Source: Planctomycetota bacterium (GTDB lineage: Bacteria; Planctomycetota; UBA8108; SXIK01). Taken from it: a stretch of 64,000 nt of DNA. The stretch's first letter is position 1. Every line of letters begins with the position of its first letter. Shown piece by piece: positions 58,308 to 64,000 of this stretch. The position numbers and the translations under genes are program-made. The stretch is from contig OZ244999.1 of the NCBI GenBank assembly GCA_965223265.1, positions 2,272,001 through 2,336,000 on the forward strand, given 5' to 3'. Under the pieces are notes generated by a model that saw only the letters and a program-made list of their open reading frames with translations, ran no database searches and was not told where the DNA came from.

Positions 58308-58466
58308 CAGCCTGTTGAAAAAGTGCTTCGAGCTGAAAACTGGTCGCTTCGCGTCCAGATCGGCCGCGGCGAACGCAGGTAATCTCCGAGATTTTCGAGG
58401 CTCGCCGCGGCTGATCTGGGCGTGAAGAGGCCGGTTTCTCAGCCGAATGACTTTTTCAACGGGCTG
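58308..58466. mobile_element. MITE-like non-autonomous element (159 bp), palindromic along its length
   Basis: TIR CAGCCTGTTGAAAAAGT / ACTTTTTCAACGGGCTG; internal stem CCAGATCGGCCGCGGCGA...TCGCCGCGGCTGATCTGG; partial second copy at 8792-8835. Confidence 0.75.
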
Positions 58467-58478
58467 ATAAGCGACGTT

Positions 58479-59975
58479 TCATTCAACGGACGATTCCGCA
58501 GCCCGTCGGCCGCGGAGGCGCACGACGTCAAAGCGCCCCGTGTCGTCGAAGCTGCCGACGCCGATCTCGCCGTGAAGAAATGTGTAGTCGACTGTGTGCA
58601 TCACCGGGTGAACCATGTCGTCGAAGTAGACGTCGATCGTGCCGTGCTCCACGTCGCGCGCAACGCGCACGCGATGCCAGCCGTCGTCCCAGTCCGTGCC
58701 GTCCGTGCGACGGCGCGCGATGCTGACGCGTGCAGAATCGTTCACGAGGAAGATCGAATTGGCATGGGCGTCCGCTTTCTTTCCGAGATGCACATAGTAG
58801 AACCGCGTCGGACCTTGGTAGCCGAAGAAGAGGCAGAGGTCGCGGTGGCCGTAGTCGGGTGTGGTCGACTGGACGCGTACATCGAAGACGAAATCGCTGA
58901 CGTCGACGCCTTCGAGGCGCGAGTAGTTGAAGGGCGAGCGTACTTTGGTTTCGTAGTCACTGCGCTTTTTGATGAGTGCGTACACGGTGTTAGCGCCTTC
59001 CTTCTCGATCCGCCAGGCGCTGTCGTCGGTTGGCCTCCACCCACCCGCGCCGCTTGAGAAGTCGTCGGCGTAGAGAAGCGGCAGCTCGGAGCCTTTGAGG
59101 TAGGCGTCGAAGAAGCGAAAGGTTTCATGGGTCGTGCGTCGACGCTCCATCCCCCGCCAGCCGTGACCGCGGCCAGCAAGGATGTTCAGCTCGTTCGGGA
59201 CCCGCGCAGCAGCGAACGCTTCGTGCAACACGTAAGCCTGCTCGACCGGTACGATGCCGTCGGTCGTGCCGTGAAACGTCAGCGTTGGGGCATCTCCGGG
59301 GGTTACGAGCGTGAGCGGAGAAGCGGCAGCGTGTTCCGCCTGTTTTGCATCGACAGGGCCGCCGATGAACGTCGTGATGATGCCGCGGGCACGTTCGCCG
59401 TAGTTTGCCGCGGCGAGGTCTGTCGGACCGAAGAAGTTGACCACCGCCTGGACGCGTGCTTCGGCGTGCTCGGCGCCATTCGGGAAGCCGCCGAGCATGA
59501 GTGAAAGGTGGCCGCCTGCCGAGTGACCGGCGGCGCCGATGCGCTCGGGGTCGATCCCGTACGTCGAAGCATTCTCGCGTAGCCAGATGAGTGCGGCGCG
59601 CACGTCCTCCCACTGCGCTGGCCACGTGAACTGCGGTGCTAGGCGATACGTCACCGTTGCCGCGACGTAGCCGCGGCGGGCTGCTGCTCGTACAAGTCGA
59701 GACTGCGCCTGTCGCGTCCCAGCTTGCCAGCCGCCGCCGTGAATGAAGAGAATCGCCGGTCTCCCGCTGCGACCTGAGCGCAAGGTTGGCCAGGCTATGT
59801 CGAGATGCAGATCGGTGTCGCCGACTGTCCTATAGAGCACGTTTTCCTGGATCGTGATGTCGACGCAGTTGTTGACGTCGGACGGGTGAGGATCTTCGGC
59901 GGTGCCTGGGACGGGCAGCAGCAGTGACGTGGCGATGCAGAAGAGGCGTCCGATGGACTGCGCGGTGATTCTCAT
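58479..59975 (-). CDS. Secreted alpha/beta hydrolase (esterase) fused to a ConA/laminin-G-like domain
   Basis: 'IHGGGW', 'YRLAP', nucleophile 'GHSAGGHL', 'HGTTDGIVP', 'GRGHG'; C-terminal 'WHRVRV.RD...G.IGVGSFDD'. Confidence 0.88.
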   Translation of the reverse strand: MRITAQSIGRLFCIATSLLLPVPGTAEDPHPSDVNNCVDITIQENVLYRTVGDTDLHLDIAWPTLRSGRSGRPAILFIHGGGWQAGTRQAQSRLVRAAARRGYVAATVTYRLAPQFTWPAQWEDVRAALIWLRENASTYGIDPERIGAAGHSAGGHLSLMLGGFPNGAEHAEARVQAVVNFFGPTDLAAANYGERARGIITTFIGGPVDAKQAEHAAASPLTLVTPGDAPTLTFHGTTDGIVPVEQAYVLHEAFAAARVPNELNILAGRGHGWRGMERRRTTHETFRFFDAYLKGSELPLLYADDFSSGAGGWRPTDDSAWRIEKEGANTVYALIKKRSDYETKVRSPFNYSRLEGVDVSDFVFDVRVQSTTPDYGHRDLCLFFGYQGPTRFYYVHLGKKADAHANSIFLVNDSARVSIARRRTDGTDWDDGWHRVRVARDVEHGTIDVYFDDMVHPVMHTVDYTFLHGEIGVGSFDDTGRFDVVRLRGRRAAESSVE

Positions 59976-60149
59976 CCGTGGTAGCTCCTGAGCAGTGTCG
60001 TTGATCGGCGGGTGGATTCGACCGTATGAGCAGCGGGCGGGCATCCTTGCCGGCGTTTCATCGTGCCTTCGCTGCACCTCTGTTGCGAGCGATTTTCGGG
60101 CGACGTGTGCTGGACGCTGGGGCGCCTCGCCCAAGTTCTCCCGCAGCAA

Positions 60150-61172
60150 CTAACGGGGCCACTCGGCACTGTAGCGCAGGCCAAGGTTGACGATGCGCTG
60201 GATGAGAGGTGCGTACTCAATGCCGGCGGCCTCTGCCGCCGAGGCGAACTCGTCGCCGAAGGCGAGGTCAGGGTTAGGGTTGGGCTCGAGAAGATAGATC
60301 TTTCCTTCAGCCGACAAGCGGAAGTCCATTCGCGCGTACCCATTGAGCCCCAGAATGCGATAAATGCGCTTGCAGGTCTTTGCGAGACGCGTCTCCAAAT
60401 CAGCGGGGAGCTTTTCGGCGCGACCGGTCTTGATGCCGCCGCGCTCCTGATACTCTTGATCCCACTTCACTTTAGCTGTAGCGATGGGAAGTGTACCTTC
60501 TGGGAGGTTCTCAAAAGTCATCTCCCACACTGGAAATGTTTCGAGGCGGTGGTTGCCGAGTACCCCAACGTAGAGCTCACGCCCTTCGATGTATTCCTCG
60601 GCGACGGCGCCCGTCTGCACGTGTTCGTGCACGAAGCGGACGCGTTCTTCCAGCTTTTCGTCACTATGGACGATCGACGCTTGTGCGATGGCGACGGATC
60701 CATGGCCGCTGGCCGCCTTGACGATCAGAGGAAACGAGAGGCGTTTGGGACGCTTGACCTTGCGGCCGATCGGAAACGAAGCGAACTCAGGCGACCGAAT
60801 GCGATGGAAGCGGAGGATCTTCTTCATCATGAGCTTGTCGTCAGACAAGAGAAGACTCGAGGGATTGCAGCCGGTGAACGGTTGCCGAGCGAGCTGCAGG
60901 TAGCCAAGGAGGAACGGAACGTAGAGGCCTTCGCCACGAAACTCTTCAAGCAAGTTAAAGACGATGTGAGGCTTCCACTCCCGGGCCACCGCGCGTATTC
61001 CGGCTACCTCCTCGACTCCGCCCATCGTTTGGACTTCGTGCCCGAGCTCCTCAAGAGCACTGATGACATCGTACTCAGTCTTCCAAGGCGCGATTTCCTT
61101 GTCGGACAGAGCGCTGATGTCCGTTGGAATTGCTACGTCCTGATGCGTCAGGACGAGGACCCGAAGTTTCAC
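60150..61172 (-). CDS. D-Ala-D-Ala ligase-like ATP-grasp enzyme
   Basis: 'VFNLLE', 'PFTGC', 'DK..MKK', 'FPLIVK', 'EEYIEGRELYVG', 'YARMDFR', 'LEPNPNP'. Confidence 0.88.
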   Translation of the reverse strand: MKLRVLVLTHQDVAIPTDISALSDKEIAPWKTEYDVISALEELGHEVQTMGGVEEVAGIRAVAREWKPHIVFNLLEEFRGEGLYVPFLLGYLQLARQPFTGCNPSSLLLSDDKLMMKKILRFHRIRSPEFASFPIGRKVKRPKRLSFPLIVKAASGHGSVAIAQASIVHSDEKLEERVRFVHEHVQTGAVAEEYIEGRELYVGVLGNHRLETFPVWEMTFENLPEGTLPIATAKVKWDQEYQERGGIKTGRAEKLPADLETRLAKTCKRIYRILGLNGYARMDFRLSAEGKIYLLEPNPNPDLAFGDEFASAAEAAGIEYAPLIQRIVNLGLRYSAEWPR

Positions 61173-61228
61173 ACTTCCTCCACCGTAGCCACCGCGTCCA
61201 CCAATCTACAAGATTCGAAGCAGCGAGT

Positions 61229-62290
61229 TTACATCGTGACTCGATGATCTTTGCTGTGCAGATAGTTCATCGTCTGCATCGTGAGAAAAATCGCCGCCTC
61301 GAGTTTGAGGTTGTCCTCCTGGCCGGAGACGCGCAGGTCGAGCTCGCGAGAGCGCGCGATCATATCTTTCAGCACCATATTGATGGTGTAGGCGTACTCC
61401 CCAGTCCAGCGTGCGATACGTTTACGAAGTTCCGGCGCGAGTCGTCGCAAAAATGAGGCTGCCGGTCTGCCGCGCGGGTTTTTCGTGCTACCGACGAACA
61501 AACGCCGCAGATGGGCGTCGTAGAAGTCCGGGTAGTCCGAACCGTAGCGCTCTTGTTTCTCCCGATAGTGCTCTCGCAGTGTCGTCGTCAGGCGATCGAT
61601 GGGTTCCACTCTGGCTTTCGAGCGTTTCGGTGGCGTTTTCCCGCCGATCTCCTCCATCAAACGGTCGACGTACTCGAGCTTCTTCACTGCTGGCCAATGA
61701 TGATAGCGCTTGCGCCAGTTGGACCCCGGTCTTAGCCAAACGGCGAAGGTTTCCGCGAAGTCTTCACAGGGGTGGCTCTGAGCGTACCACCAGTCAAGAT
61801 GGAGAACGTAGTCGCGGCTGAATGGCTGTGGTCGATAGTACTCGGGGTAGGGCTGAGACGCTGAGCCGAACTGTTCACGCCAATTCTTGCGGCGGCTGAG
61901 GCGATAGGCGGTCTCGTAGGCATGGCCGGCTTCGTGGCGAAGGAGCTGCATGCACCACTTTTTCGTGCCGCCTTCGATTTCGAACATCTGTCGATCCTCT
62001 AGTCGCATCAGGCGGGGATGCGTCAGATAGAAAGGCATTGCGATGCCCGGGATATCGTCTGGAGCGAACCATTCACTGGAGAGCCAACAGCGTGGTCGGA
62101 ACGACAGACCAGCGCCCGCGAGTTCCGCGTAGAGCTCTTCGACGCGCGACTCAAGCGCGGTCCCTTCGATGCGCACGCCGAGGTCACACAGTCGCAGGTC
62201 GAGGAGCTCCTCGTCCGACAGACGTACCCAAGCCGGCTCGCGGCTTGAGGCGCGGCGCCGTGAACGCGGCTGCGTCGTCAAGTTTTCCAC
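61229..62290 (-). CDS. Putative zinc-binding metallopeptidase (zincin)
   Basis: HExxH 'LRHEAGHA', 'YAQSHPCEDFAETFAVWL'. Confidence 0.88.
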   Translation of the reverse strand: MENLTTQPRSRRRASSREPAWVRLSDEELLDLRLCDLGVRIEGTALESRVEELYAELAGAGLSFRPRCWLSSEWFAPDDIPGIAMPFYLTHPRLMRLEDRQMFEIEGGTKKWCMQLLRHEAGHAYETAYRLSRRKNWREQFGSASQPYPEYYRPQPFSRDYVLHLDWWYAQSHPCEDFAETFAVWLRPGSNWRKRYHHWPAVKKLEYVDRLMEEIGGKTPPKRSKARVEPIDRLTTTLREHYREKQERYGSDYPDFYDAHLRRLFVGSTKNPRGRPAASFLRRLAPELRKRIARWTGEYAYTINMVLKDMIARSRELDLRVSGQEDNLKLEAAIFLTMQTMNYLHSKDHRVTM

Positions 62291-62593
62291 GTGTCGTTCC
62301 TTCGCATTCTCGTCACGGAGTTCACCTGGCGGACGCTAGACGGTGAAGCCGCCGCAGGATGATTTGCGATCACCGACACCCGCGGTCGGGTGAGCAGCGT
62401 GTGCTCGCCATCGGCGTTGCCGCACGATTGTAGCGAAAACAGGGAGCGACGTCACCTGCGTGGGGAATGACACGGGAATCCAAAGTCGCAGTCACCAGGG
62501 AGGTCGCCGAACTTCGTCGTGCATCGCATGAGCACGCGACTTCGCGCCATCGAGGGCTCCGGGCGGAGGCGTTTCGCAGGCCGACCCGTGACT

Positions 62594-64000
62594 TTAGGCG
62601 TCGTTGCCAGAGCTGGTCGATGCGCTGCCGCGTCGCCTGTGGATGGTCAGGGCGGCGAGGATGAGCACGCCCGTGGCGAATACGAAGATCCAGCCAGGGC
62701 CGCTCCAATGTTCGGGCTCGGGACGCCCCCAGAACTCGAAGTTGAGACGAAAGTACACGGCCGCAGAGAGAATCAGTGCCCAGCGCGTGAAGGTGACGCC
62801 CGGTTGTCCTTTCTGTCCGCGGCGCGCGAAGAAGATCGCAGCTGCGAGCATGATCAGCACTGGGAAAACGAAGTAGTATTCCCATGCCTTCGCAGCGAGG
62901 AGGAAGGTGGTCTCAGGGTTGTCGAGGTCGCCGCGGGCCCGCAGCGTTTTGCCGGCAATCGGGATGGCGAGGAGCGGGAGTGCCAGCAGATACGGAAAGT
63001 AGCGGCCACCGAGGATGAAGACGAGCGGCAGCGCACCGACGGCGAGAACGGGATCCGTGAACTGAAGATCCATGCGGACGAGCGCTAGGATGTAGACAAT
63101 CGCCACAAGCCACTCGACTGCCGATGGGATCGAAGGGGCGTCGGGTTCCGTTGGGGCGTCGGTGTCGAGCGGAGCAATCAACCGGCGGTTGAGCCACAGC
63201 CCGACTCCCATGCCAAAGCCCAAGACGAGCCCAAAGGTCGTCTCCATCATGTTCCACCAGTTGCCCACTTTGACGAAGATGCCTTCGTGGAAGGGTTTGA
63301 ATCCCCACTGGCGCGCTGCCTGGACGCTTTGTCCGATCGTGAACCCGAGTCCGCCGGAGATGAAGCCGACGATCGTCATGTTGCGCGCCAGACGATCCTT
63401 CTTAAACCAGCCCAGGTAGACGAAGAGAGTGCTCAGGGCCAGGAGGAGACCGCCCCAGCTCTCGCGGCGCGGTTTCATGTCGACTTTGTCGGGTTCCCAC
63501 TTCCAGTGATCGGAAAAGTAAATCGCTGGCAGTTCACGACTCTCTCCAGCGAACGGACGAAACGGTTCGTTGAGAAGGAAGCGCCCAAGAAAATAACACA
63601 CGACCAGAGCGACCATGACTCCAAGAACCTCGAGCGGCCGGTACTTCTTGCCGCTCAGGCCGATGCCGAGGAAAGCGCCAGCGAATCCGATCCAAATGCC
63701 TCCCTTGATGAAAAGGCCGACCATGCCCCATCGCAGGGCCTTCCAATTACCGTTGAGTTCGTAGTCGTGCGTCAGTCCGACGGTTTGCCCATAGGTCATC
63801 GAGCCGCCAAAACTAAACGCGAGTGCGGTCAGTGCGACGGCGCGCGCTGCATTCAGTGACGTCGCGCGCGGGCAGGAGAGAAACACGAGAACGAGCCCGA
63901 CCAGAACGCCCGGAACCATCGCCCCCGTCTCGTGTCCGTACTGGCCACGAATTCCCCAGCCCAAGCCTCCAGCTAAAGATGCCAGTAGGGCAGTACCAAA
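62594..64000 (-). CDS. Polytopic membrane protein of unknown function (5' end outside window)
   Basis: Frame is open to the window edge; 'GWGIRGQYGHETGAM', 'GGSMTYGQT', 'WWNMME'; many TM helices. Confidence 0.8.
   Translation of the reverse strand, partial: FGTALLASLAGGLGWGIRGQYGHETGAMVPGVLVGLVLVFLSCPRATSLNAARAVALTALAFSFGGSMTYGQTVGLTHDYELNGNWKALRWGMVGLFIKGGIWIGFAGAFLGIGLSGKKYRPLEVLGVMVALVVCYFLGRFLLNEPFRPFAGESRELPAIYFSDHWKWEPDKVDMKPRRESWGGLLLALSTLFVYLGWFKKDRLARNMTIVGFISGGLGFTIGQSVQAARQWGFKPFHEGIFVKVGNWWNMMETTFGLVLGFGMGVGLWLNRRLIAPLDTDAPTEPDAPSIPSAVEWLVAIVYILALVRMDLQFTDPVLAVGALPLVFILGGRYFPYLLALPLLAIPIAGKTLRARGDLDNPETTFLLAAKAWEYYFVFPVLIMLAAAIFFARRGQKGQPGVTFTRWALILSAAVYFRLNFEFWGRPEPEHWSGPGWIFVFATGVLILAALTIHRRRGSASTSSGNDA

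Overview
GC-rich bacterial DNA, most likely Planctomycetota (inferred from the many secreted proteins ending in a dockerin-like 'RGDxxxxGxxxxSDAxxxLxxLF' domain). Housekeeping and envelope genes: pheT (5'-truncated by the window), a LysM L,D-transpeptidase, a cysteine desulfurase, two wecB paralogs, glycosyltransferases, an FkbH/ACP/AAC(3)-like module, a PHP/EndoQ-UvrD fusion and an ActP-like symporter. Three things stand out. (1) Two near-identical ORF-less group II introns (3974-6177 and 6788-7571) both sit in a start codon and re-create an ATG at their 3' junction. The first carries an IS4 element with a 10-bp TSD. (2) Three ~1800-aa secreted proteins combine FG-GAP propellers, a phospho-His swivel domain, a PEP-synthase/dikinase ATP-grasp domain and a dockerin. 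Two of them share an almost identical, G/T-skewed 3.18-kb 3' module behind divergent N-termini and are clustered with two CotH-kinase/dockerin proteins. (3) A four-helix-bundle (IVS/Avd-like) gene is flanked by hexamer microsatellites and direct repeats. Several MITE/REP-like palindromic elements lie in intergenic regions. All calls come from reading motifs by eye; no database searches were run.
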